Part shown: one piece after another, positions 8,820 to 19,340 of the stretch
How the letters are laid out: every line of letters starts with the position of its first letter
Position numbering within the stretch: the stretch's first letter is position 1
Assembly: GCA_041640635.1 (NCBI GenBank)
Contig: JBEPZX010000002.1
Location: 61,855-125,854 of the forward strand
From: Aquificaceae bacterium
GTDB taxonomy: Bacteria; Aquificota; Aquificia; Aquificales; Aquificaceae
Reading direction: 5' to 3'
DNA length: 64,000 bases
Translations under genes and position numbers: made by a program
The notes under the pieces: model-generated
The model's input: the letters and a program-made list of their open reading frames with translations, nothing else
What the model was told of the DNA's origin: nothing
The model's database searches: none

Positions 8820-11800
8820 CTATTGTCCATGGACCTGGTTGCCTACCAATACACTTGAGTTGGTTATAGGAAATACTCTCGATATACCATTTCTTGCACT
8901 TACTCCTATCAGCTTTTGAGCGTATTCTGCCATAGATTCTCTCAAAGTTACCACTATAAACTGTGCGTTCTTTGATCTATCTTTGATGAGCTCTCCTACC
9001 TTTCTGGAGTTGGCTTCGTCTAGATGGGCATCAACTTCATCGAAGTAGTAAAAAACTGAAGGCTGATAGTCTTGAATGGCAAAAATAAGGGAAAGGGCTG
9101 CCAAGGTTTTCTCTCCGCCAGAAATAGCCTCAAGATACTGAACATCTTTGCCTCTTGGTTTTACAACTAAGTTGACACCTCCAGCAAAAGGATCGTCCTC
9201 CCTTTCCAAAACCATGTACGCTTTGCCACCTGGAGAAAGGTAGGAAAATATTCTCTTCAGGTTTTTGTTTATGCTTTCGTAAGCAGTCATAAAAGCCTTT
9301 GTTTTCTTGGTTTCTATTTCTTGGATGAGTTCCCTTATGGCTTTTTTCTCGTCTAACATCTTTTTGTGTTTCTGTTTGAGATCTTCGTACCTTGATTTGT
9401 GCTCTTCGTAGTCCTCCTGGGCTCTTAGATTCACATTTTCGTAGAGTTTTTCCTCCTGAGTGAGCCTGTTTATCTCATCCTTTAATTTGGTGGTGGATTC
9501 TTTAACCTCTTGTACCTCTCCATCCCACCCGATGCTTTCTAACTTCTCCCTTAAATCCCTTATCCTTTCTTCCAACCTTACCTTTTCGTTTTGTAGTTTG
9601 GATAAAGCATCTCTTTTTTCCTCTTCCAAAAGCTTCAATCTACCTAAATTTGACTGTGCCTCTCTTATTTGGGATTCTATGGTATCCTTTTGCCTATAGA
9701 GCTCATAAGCCTTGCTTTCAAGGTTCATAAGTTCTTGTTCCTTATCTTTTCTATCTTCCTCAAGGTAAAAGATCTTGTGCTCCGTATCTTGTATCTCCTG
9801 ATGGGCTCTTGATATAAATTCCTGGGTTGTATTTATCTCCCTTTGTAAGTTTTCCCTATCTTTTTCTTTATCTTTTAGTTGCAGACTCAACTTAAGTATT
9901 TCCTCTTTCTTCAAATCTATTAGTTTTCTTACCTTTTCCTGCTTTTGTCTTAGGTCTTCTATCCCAGACTCTACGTAGTGTTTCATTATGGATTGACGTT
10001 TAAGGGATAGGTTTTCTATTTTTTCTTTCAGGTACTCGATTTCTTGTGTCAGCGCTTCCCTTTGTGAGAGGATTTGACTTTTCTCTCCGTTTATTATATG
10101 CAAATAATCTTTCGCTTTGTTTATCTTTTCTTGAATCTCTTTTATGCGGGCAAAGGATTTTTCATCCCTCTCTTGAAGCTCCTTTATCTTCCTCTGTATT
10201 ATTCTCAATGCACTTTCCTTTTCCAAGAGGTCTTCCCTTAGAGATTTGAGAGCTTCTTCCTTGACCTTTTCTTCTCTACTTATACCTTCTAGTATGCTTA
10301 AGAGTCTTTCCAACTCCTTTGCGTAAAACTCCCTTCCTAACTCGCCTTTGCTTTCTGTGTATCCACCGCTGATTACACCCGTTTTTTCAAAGAGTTCTCC
10401 TTCCAATGTAACCATTCTGTATGCACCTATGCCTATCCTTTTTGCACTTTCAAAGTCCTCTACTACAAGAGTATCACCAAAAACAAACCTCACAGCTTTT
10501 TCAAACCTTTTGTCGTATTCTACAAGATTAACCGCAAAGTCTATAGCTCCCTTCTGCCGCGGGTAAGGTGGCAAATTAAGATCCTTTATTCTATTTATTG
10601 GGATAAAGTTCATCCTCCCTATTTTTAGTTCCTTAAGTATCTGTATACATTGCTTTGCCACATCCTCATCATCCACCACAACGTAAGAGAGTCTTCCACC
10701 ACCTGCCGCTTCTATAGCTTTTAAGTACTCCATATCCTTCACTTTAATTAAATCGGCTACCTTTCCGTGCACACCTCTTAATTCTTGAAATGGTAACGTG
10801 TGAGACTCACTCGTCCTTAACTTGGATTCCAGTATGGCTACTTCCTTTAGTAGTTCCTCCTTTTCTTTCCTTAAGTTTTTGAGCTTTCCTTCCGTTTCTT
10901 CCAGCTCTGCTTTCTTTTTTCTTATAGCTATTTCTTCCTCTTTCATGAGTTTGTTGTAGTTTTCCATTTTCAAAGAAGCGTCACCCAGTTGTTCCTTTAT
11001 AGCCTTTAGCTCTTGTTCTAACTGAATTATGTCTTCTTGAATTTTCACGTTTTTGATGTCTATTTCTCTTATTCTTATATCTCCATCGTTGAGGCTTTTT
11101 TTCTTACTTTCGAGTTCTTCCCTGAGAAGTTTTAGTTTTTCCTCCGTTTTCTCCGCTTCCTCCAATGATACTTTTAAACCTTCCTCTCTTTCTAATAAGG
11201 ACTGTGTGATACTTGAGTATTCGTCTTCGTGTTTCAGGAGCTCTCTCTCTTTGTCTTCAAGTTCCTTTGCAATAACTTCTTCCTCTTGAATGACCTTTTC
11301 TAATATTTGGTTATACTCTTTTACCTTTTCTTGAGCACGAATTATGTCTTCTTGAAGTCTCAACTTCTTTTTGTGAAGTTCTTGCAGTTTCTGGCTTGCA
11401 TGTTCTAAGTCTGAGCTTATCTTGCCAACTCTCTCTCTGTATGGTAGCAATTTATCATTCAAAGAAGCGAGCTCATTTTCCAAGTCTTTGAGTTTAGCTT
11501 CCCAATTGGCAATGTCCTTCTTTAGACTCTCAACCTGCGTCCTTACTGAATCTTCGTTAGTCTGTAGGTTACTAAACTGAGACTCTATGGAAATAAGCTC
11601 TTTCAGATATAGTTTTATCTCAAGGTTTTTCTTTTGATTCTTTATTTCTTTGTAACGTTGTAGTCTTTTCAACTCTTCTGACAGTCTTTCTATTTGGACC
11701 TCTACCTCGTCTATCAAGAGAGAAAGCTCCCTGATCTTTAGTTCCACCTCTCCAAGATTCTCTAATGCTTTTTGTTTCTTTTCTTCAAACTCTCCTACAC

Positions 11801-12296
11801 CTGATATATCCTCTATGAGTTTTCTTCGCTCCAGTGGAGTCATTCTCAAAAAGCGGATTATATCGCCTTGGAGCACAACATTGTAAGCGCTTTCGAATAT
11901 ACCTGCTTTAGCCAAAAAATCGGATACATCCTTTTCTCTTACAGTCTGGGAGTTGATTTTATAGACACTTCTTCCATCGGCATACACCTTTCTAGATATT
12001 ACAACTTCCTCATCCTCTATCGTAAAAATTCCTTGATTTTTAAAGTGTACCTCCACGTATGCGTATTCGGCTTTTTCTTCACCTTTTGAGTATATTAGGT
12101 AAGTCAAGTTTTTTGCCCTTAGGGTTTTTGCTGTAGCTAGCCCGAGAGCAAAAGAGATAGCATCCCCTATGTTTGATTTTCCAGCACCGTTGGGACCAAC
12201 TATGGCAATAAATCCCTCTCCCAAAGGTATTTCTAACCTTTCTTTACCGTAGGATTTAAATCCCTCAACTACTAACTTTTCTATCCAAGCTTTCAT
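8820..12296 (-). CDS. smc: Chromosome segregation protein SMC
   Basis: GPNGAGKSN, long coiled coils, hinge VTLEGELFEKTGVISGG, ISGGEK, FDEVDAHLD. Confidence 0.97.
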   Translation of the reverse strand: MKAWIEKLVVEGFKSYGKERLEIPLGEGFIAIVGPNGAGKSNIGDAISFALGLATAKTLRAKNLTYLIYSKGEEKAEYAYVEVHFKNQGIFTIEDEEVVISRKVYADGRSVYKINSQTVREKDVSDFLAKAGIFESAYNVVLQGDIIRFLRMTPLERRKLIEDISGVGEFEEKKQKALENLGEVELKIRELSLLIDEVEVQIERLSEELKRLQRYKEIKNQKKNLEIKLYLKELISIESQFSNLQTNEDSVRTQVESLKKDIANWEAKLKDLENELASLNDKLLPYRERVGKISSDLEHASQKLQELHKKKLRLQEDIIRAQEKVKEYNQILEKVIQEEEVIAKELEDKERELLKHEDEYSSITQSLLEREEGLKVSLEEAEKTEEKLKLLREELESKKKSLNDGDIRIREIDIKNVKIQEDIIQLEQELKAIKEQLGDASLKMENYNKLMKEEEIAIRKKKAELEETEGKLKNLRKEKEELLKEVAILESKLRTSESHTLPFQELRGVHGKVADLIKVKDMEYLKAIEAAGGGRLSYVVVDDEDVAKQCIQILKELKIGRMNFIPINRIKDLNLPPYPRQKGAIDFAVNLVEYDKRFEKAVRFVFGDTLVVEDFESAKRIGIGAYRMVTLEGELFEKTGVISGGYTESKGELGREFYAKELERLLSILEGISREEKVKEEALKSLREDLLEKESALRIIQRKIKELQERDEKSFARIKEIQEKINKAKDYLHIINGEKSQILSQREALTQEIEYLKEKIENLSLKRQSIMKHYVESGIEDLRQKQEKVRKLIDLKKEEILKLSLQLKDKEKDRENLQREINTTQEFISRAHQEIQDTEHKIFYLEEDRKDKEQELMNLESKAYELYRQKDTIESQIREAQSNLGRLKLLEEEKRDALSKLQNEKVRLEERIRDLREKLESIGWDGEVQEVKESTTKLKDEINRLTQEEKLYENVNLRAQEDYEEHKSRYEDLKQKHKKMLDEKKAIRELIQEIETKKTKAFMTAYESINKNLKRIFSYLSPGGKAYMVLEREDDPFAGGVNLVVKPRGKDVQYLEAISGGEKTLAALSLIFAIQDYQPSVFYYFDEVDAHLDEANSRKVGELIKDRSKNAQFIVVTLRESMAEYAQKLIGVSARNGISRVFPITNSSVLVGNQVHGQ

Positions 12297-12361
12297 CCCT
12301 TTCCTTTGATATATTATATTTACACTTGAAAAGTATTAAGCCCTTAAAATACTATAAATAA

Positions 12362-13309
12362 ATGTGGGTACTAGGTCAACACGATGAAGATTATAGAAAA
12401 GCAAGATCTTCTCCGTTACAACTCGTAGGAAACACTCCTTTAGTAAGGATAAACAAGGTTATCCCAAAAGATATATCACCAAAGGTAGAAATATACGCAA
12501 AGCTTGAGGGTTTTAATTTGGGTGGGTCCGTAAAGGATAGACCAGCTCTGAGTATGTTCTTAGATGCTATAAATCGAGGACTTATAAAAGATGGGAAGAT
12601 AGTCATAGATGCTACATCGGGCAACACAGGCATAGCTTTAGCAATGGTAGGTGCATCCTTGGGTATTCCTGTAGAACTTGCCATGCCTGCAAACGTAAGC
12701 GAAGAAAGAAAAAAGATAATAAAGGCTTACGGTGCCAAGGTGTATTTTACAGACCCTCTGTTAGGTACTGACGGTGCCATTATATTTGTTCGGGAAAAGG
12801 TAGAGAAGGAGCCAGACAGATACATTTACTTAGATCAATACAACAATCCAGCCAACTGGAGGGCACACTTTTACTCAACAGGTATAGAAGTATGGAATCA
12901 AACCCAAGGAAGGATAACACACTTTGTGGCAGGAATAGGCACAGGTGGAACTATAATGGGTACAGGTAGAAGACTAAAAGTTTACAGTCCCAACATACAG
13001 ATAGTTGGTGTTCAGCCAGCTCATCCTTTCCATGGCATAGAAGGACTCAAGCACATAGAGAGTTCCATAAAACCCGGCATATTTGATGAAACACTTCTGG
13101 ACAGAACCATCTTTGTAGAGACGGAAGATGCCTACGAGATGACAAAGAGACTGGCTAACGAAGAAGCCCTATTTGTAGGTCAATCGAGCGGAGCAGCTTT
13201 GCATGCTGCTATAACTCTGAGCAGAGAGCTAGAGGAAGGTGTCGTGGTCGTTATTTTCCCAGATGGAGGAGAAAAGTATTTAAGTACAGCACCTTTTAAA
13301 GATTTATAA
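12362..13309 (+). CDS. cysM: PLP-dependent cysteine synthase (CysM/CysK family)
   Basis: GGSVKDR PLP lysine, ATSGNTG, GIGTGGT, PDGGEKYLS. Confidence 0.85.
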   Translation: MWVLGQHDEDYRKARSSPLQLVGNTPLVRINKVIPKDISPKVEIYAKLEGFNLGGSVKDRPALSMFLDAINRGLIKDGKIVIDATSGNTGIALAMVGASLGIPVELAMPANVSEERKKIIKAYGAKVYFTDPLLGTDGAIIFVREKVEKEPDRYIYLDQYNNPANWRAHFYSTGIEVWNQTQGRITHFVAGIGTGGTIMGTGRRLKVYSPNIQIVGVQPAHPFHGIEGLKHIESSIKPGIFDETLLDRTIFVETEDAYEMTKRLANEEALFVGQSSGAALHAAITLSRELEEGVVVVIFPDGGEKYLSTAPFKDL

Positions 13310-13317
13310 TTTATCAA

Positions 13318-14676
13318 ATGTTTAGAGAAAGGATAAAGAAGTTTCACTTTGTAGGAATAGGCGGAATAGGTATGAGCGGTATAGCTCAGATTCTGTTAGA
13401 GATGGGATACCAAGTATCGGGTTCGGATCTCCAAGAAAACAAGAACGTAAGACTTCTAAGAGAAAAGGGAGTAACGGCTTACATAGGACATAGAGAGGAA
13501 AATCTGAAGGATGCTGATGTAGTGGTTTACTCTTCAGCTGTTGATGAAAATAATCCGGAACTACGCAAGGCAAAGCAGATGAGCATCCCAACTATACCTC
13601 GTGGCGAGATGCTTGCCGAACTCTTTAGACTAAAAGAAGGTATAGCTGTATGTGGTTCTCATGGCAAAACTACAACAACCTCTATGATAGCTCATATATC
13701 ACATATGGCTGGAATGGATCCAACTGTAATAATAGGTGGCATACTTCAGAGCTTGGGGACCAATGCCAAATTGGGAAGGGACAATCTTATAATTTCGGAA
13801 GCCGACGAAAGCGATGGGTCTTTCTTAAAACTCTCACCTACGGTGGCTGTTATAACCAACATAGACAAAGAACATTTAGGGTTTTACAGAGATTTGGAGG
13901 AAATAAAGGAAGCTTTTATAAAATTTGCCAACAGCGTTCCTTTTTACGGATTCTGTGTTATGAATATGGACGATGAAAACTCTGCAAGTACACTACCTTA
14001 CATCAAAAAGAAGGTGCTAACCTTCGGAATAGAAAAAAAAGCTAACCTTCAAGCCAGTAACCTAAGGCTCATAGATGGTAAGTACTCCTTTGACGTAGAG
14101 TTAAATGGGCAAAGGCTTGGAAACATCTATTTAGGCGTTCCTGGCAGACATAACGTGTACAATGCTTTGGCAAGTACCTTGGTATGTCTTAACATGGACA
14201 TAAGCTTTGATACTATATCGAGCGCTCTAGCAAGCTTTAGAAACGCAGAGCGTAGGCTAGATCTTAAAGGATATTACAAAGGAAATCCCATTTACGATGA
14301 TTACGGGCACCATCCAACAGAAATCAAGTCTGTGCTAAGTGCCATCAGAGAGATGTATCCAGACAGAAGAGTAATCCTGATCTTTCAACCTCACAGGTAC
14401 TCTAGAACCTTTTACTTGTACAATGAATTTATAAAAGTACTGAAAGAGGCAGATGTAAAGATAACCACTCACATATATCCTGCAGGTGAAGAAAACACCT
14501 ATGGAGTAAATGGACAAGATTTGGCAAAGGATTCAGGGGCTATATTTGCAGCAGATAAAGAAGAGATCTTTGAGCTTCTAGAAAAAGAATCTACAGAAGG
14601 CGATGTAATACTTTTTATGGGAGCTGGAAGTATATCCAGATGGTGTGAGGAGTTTGTGAATCTTGTAAAATCATGA
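13318..14676 (+). CDS. murC: UDP-N-acetylmuramate--L-alanine ligase
   Basis: GIGGIGMSG, GSHGKTTTT, EADESDGSF, DDYGHHP, FQPHRYSRT. Confidence 0.97.
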   Translation: MFRERIKKFHFVGIGGIGMSGIAQILLEMGYQVSGSDLQENKNVRLLREKGVTAYIGHREENLKDADVVVYSSAVDENNPELRKAKQMSIPTIPRGEMLAELFRLKEGIAVCGSHGKTTTTSMIAHISHMAGMDPTVIIGGILQSLGTNAKLGRDNLIISEADESDGSFLKLSPTVAVITNIDKEHLGFYRDLEEIKEAFIKFANSVPFYGFCVMNMDDENSASTLPYIKKKVLTFGIEKKANLQASNLRLIDGKYSFDVELNGQRLGNIYLGVPGRHNVYNALASTLVCLNMDISFDTISSALASFRNAERRLDLKGYYKGNPIYDDYGHHPTEIKSVLSAIREMYPDRRVILIFQPHRYSRTFYLYNEFIKVLKEADVKITTHIYPAGEENTYGVNGQDLAKDSGAIFAADKEEIFELLEKESTEGDVILFMGAGSISRWCEEFVNLVKS

Positions 14677-16319
14677 ACGGTTTCTTAGGTAGGGAATGGG
14701 TAATTCTTCAAGACCAAATACATCCTCCAGAGGATTTAGTAGACCGCTTTGGTCCATTCATAGCTCAAATATTGGCAAATAGAAATACCGATGGAAGGGT
14801 TTTTGACTTAGCGCTCAAAAATATACCTCACTACAGACATATCCCAAACATCGAAGAAGCTGCGAGTGTTATACTTGACGCAGTTAAAAAAGGCAGACGT
14901 ATCATCATATACGGTGATTACGATGTTGATGGTATAACGGGAACAGCATTGCTGTATCACTTTCTCAAGTCTGTAGGAGCTAAAGTATTATGTTCTTTAC
15001 CTACCCGTAAAACAGGATACGGTTTGAATAAAAACATAATTAGGGACTTCGAAAGGTACGCTGATCTAATAATCACTGTAGACAACGGAACAACAGCCGT
15101 TGAGGAAATAAACGGCTGTAGAAAGCCCGTAGTGGTATTAGACCATCACAATATTGGAGATAAGCTTCCAAAAGCAATACTTGTAAATCCAAAGCTTGAT
15201 ACGAACACGCCAAATTACATAAAGGAAATTTCTTCCGTTGGATTAGCTTTCTACGTTGCTCTCCTTCTAAATAAAGAGTTACCGATAAATTTTGACATTA
15301 GGAATTATCTCCATTTAGTCGCTGTAGGTACATTGGCTGATATTATGCCATTGAATATGCTCAATCGTGTACTAGTTGCCAAAGGGATAGAGGTTTTAAA
15401 CCACATTAGAAACGCAGATACACCATTTCAGGGTATGAAGTTGTTGCTCAACCATGTAAAAAACCACAATGAAGAGATATCCTCTAAAGATGTAGTTTTT
15501 TCGATAGTGCCAAGGTTAAATACACCCGGTAGGATAGAGAATCCAATAACGAGTTTAAGGCTTCTGCTGGAATCCAACGAAACTAAAGCCCGTCAGATCT
15601 TAGAAGAAATTGAAGATTTAAACGACAAAAGAAGAGAGTTAGTAGATAAAGAGTACGTAAACGTATTAAAAATCGCAGAACTTAAAAAAAATGAAAGTCT
15701 AATATCTGTGTTTATTAACGACCCGTCTAAAGTAGGTATACTGGGTATTATCGCTGGTAGACTCTCTAACGAATTTGAGAAGCCGAGCATCGTTTTTTGT
15801 GTGGGAAACGATGTAGCTGTAGGATCTGCGAGAAGCGTTAAAGGTGTGGACCTGTACTCTGGACTAAAGGAGCTTTCCGACATGTTCATAAAGTGGGGTG
15901 GGCACACAGGTGCAGCTGGGTTAACCATACCTAAAGAAAATCTGGAACGATTTGAAATCAGAGCGCGCGAGGTATTTTCTAAACTGTATAAAAAACCACA
16001 ACTTCTAATAGATATGAGATTGGAAACGAAAAAGATCAATCAAGACATCTTAAATCAAATAAAGAGTCTCGAGCCTTTTGGAGAAGGTTTTCCGGAACCA
16101 GTGTTTCTGTCCGAACACTTAAACCTAAGCAAGGACGAAAGATCCAACATAAGAAAAGTTATATTTAAAGGAGATGGAAATTTGACCTTTGTGAGTTGGG
16201 ATACAAGGTTAAATAGCAAGCTGGTGCAGCTTTCCAGATACAGTGGTAGAGTAGTCTATTCTATAGATTTAAGGTATAGGCACAGCTTGAAAATAATAGA
16301 TATGGAAAAATGGCTTTAG
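14673..16319 (+). CDS. recJ: ssDNA-specific exonuclease RecJ
   Basis: GDYDVDG, TVDNG, DHH, GSARS, GGH, LEPFGEGFPEP. Confidence 0.92.
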   Translation: MNGFLGREWVILQDQIHPPEDLVDRFGPFIAQILANRNTDGRVFDLALKNIPHYRHIPNIEEAASVILDAVKKGRRIIIYGDYDVDGITGTALLYHFLKSVGAKVLCSLPTRKTGYGLNKNIIRDFERYADLIITVDNGTTAVEEINGCRKPVVVLDHHNIGDKLPKAILVNPKLDTNTPNYIKEISSVGLAFYVALLLNKELPINFDIRNYLHLVAVGTLADIMPLNMLNRVLVAKGIEVLNHIRNADTPFQGMKLLLNHVKNHNEEISSKDVVFSIVPRLNTPGRIENPITSLRLLLESNETKARQILEEIEDLNDKRRELVDKEYVNVLKIAELKKNESLISVFINDPSKVGILGIIAGRLSNEFEKPSIVFCVGNDVAVGSARSVKGVDLYSGLKELSDMFIKWGGHTGAAGLTIPKENLERFEIRAREVFSKLYKKPQLLIDMRLETKKINQDILNQIKSLEPFGEGFPEPVFLSEHLNLSKDERSNIRKVIFKGDGNLTFVSWDTRLNSKLVQLSRYSGRVVYSIDLRYRHSLKIIDMEKWL

Positions 16320-16813
16320 GGAAAACTCACGACTTTGTTAACCTTATATTCTTACCTGCAAGCCTGTACTTTGTCCCAAGAGACTTTTTCTTACCTTTTA
16401 CAGCCGGATATCTCATAGGAACCTTCTTGCTCTCTCCTGACTTGGATATGAAGGGGTCCAAGCCTTCCAAAAGATGGAAAGTTTTTAGGTTTATATGGTA
16501 TCCTTATCAAGCTAAGTCTAAGCATAGGGGTATATCTCACGTACCCATTGTTGGAACCTTTGTGAGACTTTTTTACTTTAATCTTGTTGTAATGTTTTTT
16601 TACGCATTTTTTTCGTTCTTGGTTAGGAATTACTTGCCGGAATATACCGATTTGGCAAACCACTTAAACCCTCAAAAATATTTAGAAGCCTTTGGAAAGT
16701 CTGAGTCCTCCTTTTACTTTCTCTTGGGATTGATTGTGTCTGAAACTTTTCATATCGCTTTGGATCTTTTTAGCTCAACTTTCAATAGGAATAAAAGGAA
16801 AAGACGCAGGTAA
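16310..16813 (+). CDS. DUF2227-like membrane metal-binding protein
   Basis: GKTHD, LLSPDLD, HRGISH, HIALD motifs. Confidence 0.75.
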   Translation: MALGKTHDFVNLIFLPASLYFVPRDFFLPFTAGYLIGTFLLSPDLDMKGSKPSKRWKVFRFIWYPYQAKSKHRGISHVPIVGTFVRLFYFNLVVMFFYAFFSFLVRNYLPEYTDLANHLNPQKYLEAFGKSESSFYFLLGLIVSETFHIALDLFSSTFNRNKRKRRR

Positions 16814-17002
16814 TATCCACCTAGTTTCCATCAACACCCCTCGGTCTCGTTTGGAAAAATGCCAATGTATCACCTGTGTGTTAAGAGTGCATAGCAATCG
16901 AGATCACCAACCCTTGATAACTATCCATCAACTGTATATAGACATATATACATAACATCTGGTCTTCAGATATTATTACCATTCCGATGAGGAGCTACTC
17001 AA

Positions 17003-18088
17003 TTAATTAAACACCTTTACTATGTTGTAGTAAGTATCCCTTTGAGCTGGGATAAATCCAGCAGCTTTTATTGCATCCACCATATCCTGAACCTTGGGAA
17101 TGTTTACTTTGTAGCTTGTTGAAGATATAACATTCTCTTCCATCATTACACTCCCAAGGTCGTTAGCACCGAAGTGTAACCCTACGATGCCTATGTTGAT
17201 TGTTTGGGTTACATGAGAGCTTTGAATATTTCTGAAATTATCTAGGTAGATTCGAGACAATGCTAAAACTTTGAGGTAGTATACGGAAGATGCTTCTTCC
17301 AAATGATCAAGCTGCGTATTACCTTTTTTGAAAGTCCAAGGAATAAAGGCTGTAAATCCTCCTGTTTGGTCTTGAACCCTTCTAACCCTTTCTAAATGTT
17401 CCACTATATGGTAAGGCTTCTCTATATGGCCAAACATCATGGTAGCTGTGGTTGTCATTCCTAGCTCGTGGGCCATTGTGTGAACCTCTTCCCACTCCTC
17501 CACACTGCACTTGCCTGGACTTAAAAAGCTTCTAACTTCGTCGGACAGTATTTCTGCACCACCGCCTGGAATAGAATCCAAACCTGCTTGCTTTAATCTT
17601 TGGATCACTTCCTTTATGGAGAGTCTTTCCAACTTTGCAAGATACACAACTTCTGGAGCTGAAAAGGAGTGAATTTGCACCTCAGGAAAGGCAGACTTTA
17701 TAGTGGAGATAAGATCTTCGTAATACCCTATGGGAAGGTATGGATTTAACCCCCCTTGCATCAAGAGAGTAGTGCCACCCCACTCTACAAGTTCCTTCAC
17801 CTTTTGTAATATACTTTCTTTCTCCAAAGTATAGCCTTCTGGAGAACTTACCTTCCTCTGAAAGGCACAAAACTTACAACCAGCAACGCATACATTGGTG
17901 TAGTTGACGTTTCTGTCTATAACAAAGGTGACTATGTTGCTGGGATGTAGCTTTTTTCTAACATAGTCTGCAAGGTAACCCAGAGTTGTAATGTCTCCTT
18001 TTTCCAAAAGCAAAAGAGCTTCTTCTTGGTTTATTCTTTGACCTTCTATAACCTTGTCGTAAATGTATCTTAAACTCAGTGTTTTCAT
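17003..18088 (-). CDS. mqnC: Cyclic dehypoxanthine futalosine synthase (radical SAM)
   Basis: DRNVNYTNVCVAGCKFCAF, LMQGG, SIPGGGAEIL, FIPWTF, GANDLGSVMMEENV. Confidence 0.92.
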   Translation of the reverse strand: MKTLSLRYIYDKVIEGQRINQEEALLLLEKGDITTLGYLADYVRKKLHPSNIVTFVIDRNVNYTNVCVAGCKFCAFQRKVSSPEGYTLEKESILQKVKELVEWGGTTLLMQGGLNPYLPIGYYEDLISTIKSAFPEVQIHSFSAPEVVYLAKLERLSIKEVIQRLKQAGLDSIPGGGAEILSDEVRSFLSPGKCSVEEWEEVHTMAHELGMTTTATMMFGHIEKPYHIVEHLERVRRVQDQTGGFTAFIPWTFKKGNTQLDHLEEASSVYYLKVLALSRIYLDNFRNIQSSHVTQTINIGIVGLHFGANDLGSVMMEENVISSTSYKVNIPKVQDMVDAIKAAGFIPAQRDTYYNIVKVFN

Positions 18089-18108
18089 AGCAGTGTTTTA
18101 AATTACTC

Positions 18109-19326
18109 TTAAGCCCCGTATTTGGCAAGTCTTAAAGAGTTAGCTAGCATAAGGTTTATAAGTTTAGCTGCTGGGAAAATCCCAAGTTCTCCTTTTAGGC
18201 ATTCCCTTTCTGTAAACCTTAATGATGTTTGACCAAGTACATAAGGTGAGTGCAACAAGATGGGTACAGGGTGCCAAGAGTGCCCTTTAAGTATGGAAGG
18301 TGTGGAATGATCTCCGGTAATTACTAAAATATCGGGCTTTAGTTGTAAAATTTTGGGTAAAAGGGAATCAAACTCTTCAATGACCTTTACTTTTCCCTCA
18401 TAATTTCCATCTTCACCGTAGGAGTCCGTTTTTTTTATGTGTAAAAAGAAAAAGTCATACTCTCTCCATACCTTTTCCAGCTTATCTATTTGATCCTCTA
18501 CAGTTTTCCCTTCTACATCCACTACATCCATTCCCACCAAACTGGCAAGTCCTCTATACATGGGATAAACGGCTATCGCACAAGCTTTTAGTTTAAACCT
18601 TTCGTAAAAACTTTCTATTTTGGGCTTTTGAGAAAAGCCTCTGAGAAGCATATAGTTAGCTTTTGGTTCATCCTTCAGTATCTGTGCAATTTTATCCACC
18701 AATTTATTTACCACCTCGGCCACTCTTTGTGCATTCTCATTGGAGCCTTTAGCTTTCAAAACTTCCAGTCCTTCCTTTTGTGGATCCGTATCGTTAATAA
18801 AGTCACTTCCTATAGGTAATGGGTAAGGAAAACGGAGAATTATGGCTGTTCTGTGCTCCATACCTGCTTGGATGTATACCTTAACTCCATCTATTTCCTT
18901 TATTGCCTCTTTTAACTTTTGAGTAATTGCCTTATTTTCCTCAGTGGATATACGCCCAGCTCTTCTATCTACAACGATAACTTTCCCATCTTCATACTTT
19001 ACCTTAGCGTAATTTCCTCTGATGGCTATGTCCGTATCACTTACATGTAAACCAAGCCCCAAGGCTTCCAAAATCCCCCTTCCTATGGTGTACTTTAGAG
19101 GGTCATATCCAAATATCCCCAAATGCCCAGGACCACTACCTGGTGTTATACCGTAATCTACGGGAATGTGAAGTCCAAGTGCAGACCTTTTTGCAAGATT
19201 ATCCAGGTTGGGGGTTTGCGCTAGCTCCAGTTCAGTTTTTCCATCCTTTACAGGTAAGCCACCAATACCATCTAGAACAACAAGTAAAAGCTTTGTGTTG
19301 TTGGTTTTTACGAGGCTTTCCAGCAT
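18109..19326 (-). CDS. apgM: 2,3-bisphosphoglycerate-independent phosphoglycerate mutase (archaeal type)
   Basis: LDGIGG, TPNLD, TPGSGPGHL, DRRAGRI, TGDHSTP..HSWHPVP. Confidence 0.92.
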   Translation of the reverse strand: MLESLVKTNNTKLLLVVLDGIGGLPVKDGKTELELAQTPNLDNLAKRSALGLHIPVDYGITPGSGPGHLGIFGYDPLKYTIGRGILEALGLGLHVSDTDIAIRGNYAKVKYEDGKVIVVDRRAGRISTEENKAITQKLKEAIKEIDGVKVYIQAGMEHRTAIILRFPYPLPIGSDFINDTDPQKEGLEVLKAKGSNENAQRVAEVVNKLVDKIAQILKDEPKANYMLLRGFSQKPKIESFYERFKLKACAIAVYPMYRGLASLVGMDVVDVEGKTVEDQIDKLEKVWREYDFFFLHIKKTDSYGEDGNYEGKVKVIEEFDSLLPKILQLKPDILVITGDHSTPSILKGHSWHPVPILLHSPYVLGQTSLRFTERECLKGELGIFPAAKLINLMLANSLRLAKYGA

Positions 19327-19340
19327 GGTTTCTAATTATA

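Noticed and set aside
9460..12089. Antisense ORFs within smc, and similar shadow ORFs in gyrB, alaS, prfA, soeA and pnp
   Set aside because: Ser/Phe/Leu-rich mirror translations of Lys/Glu-rich genes, with no motifs or RBS
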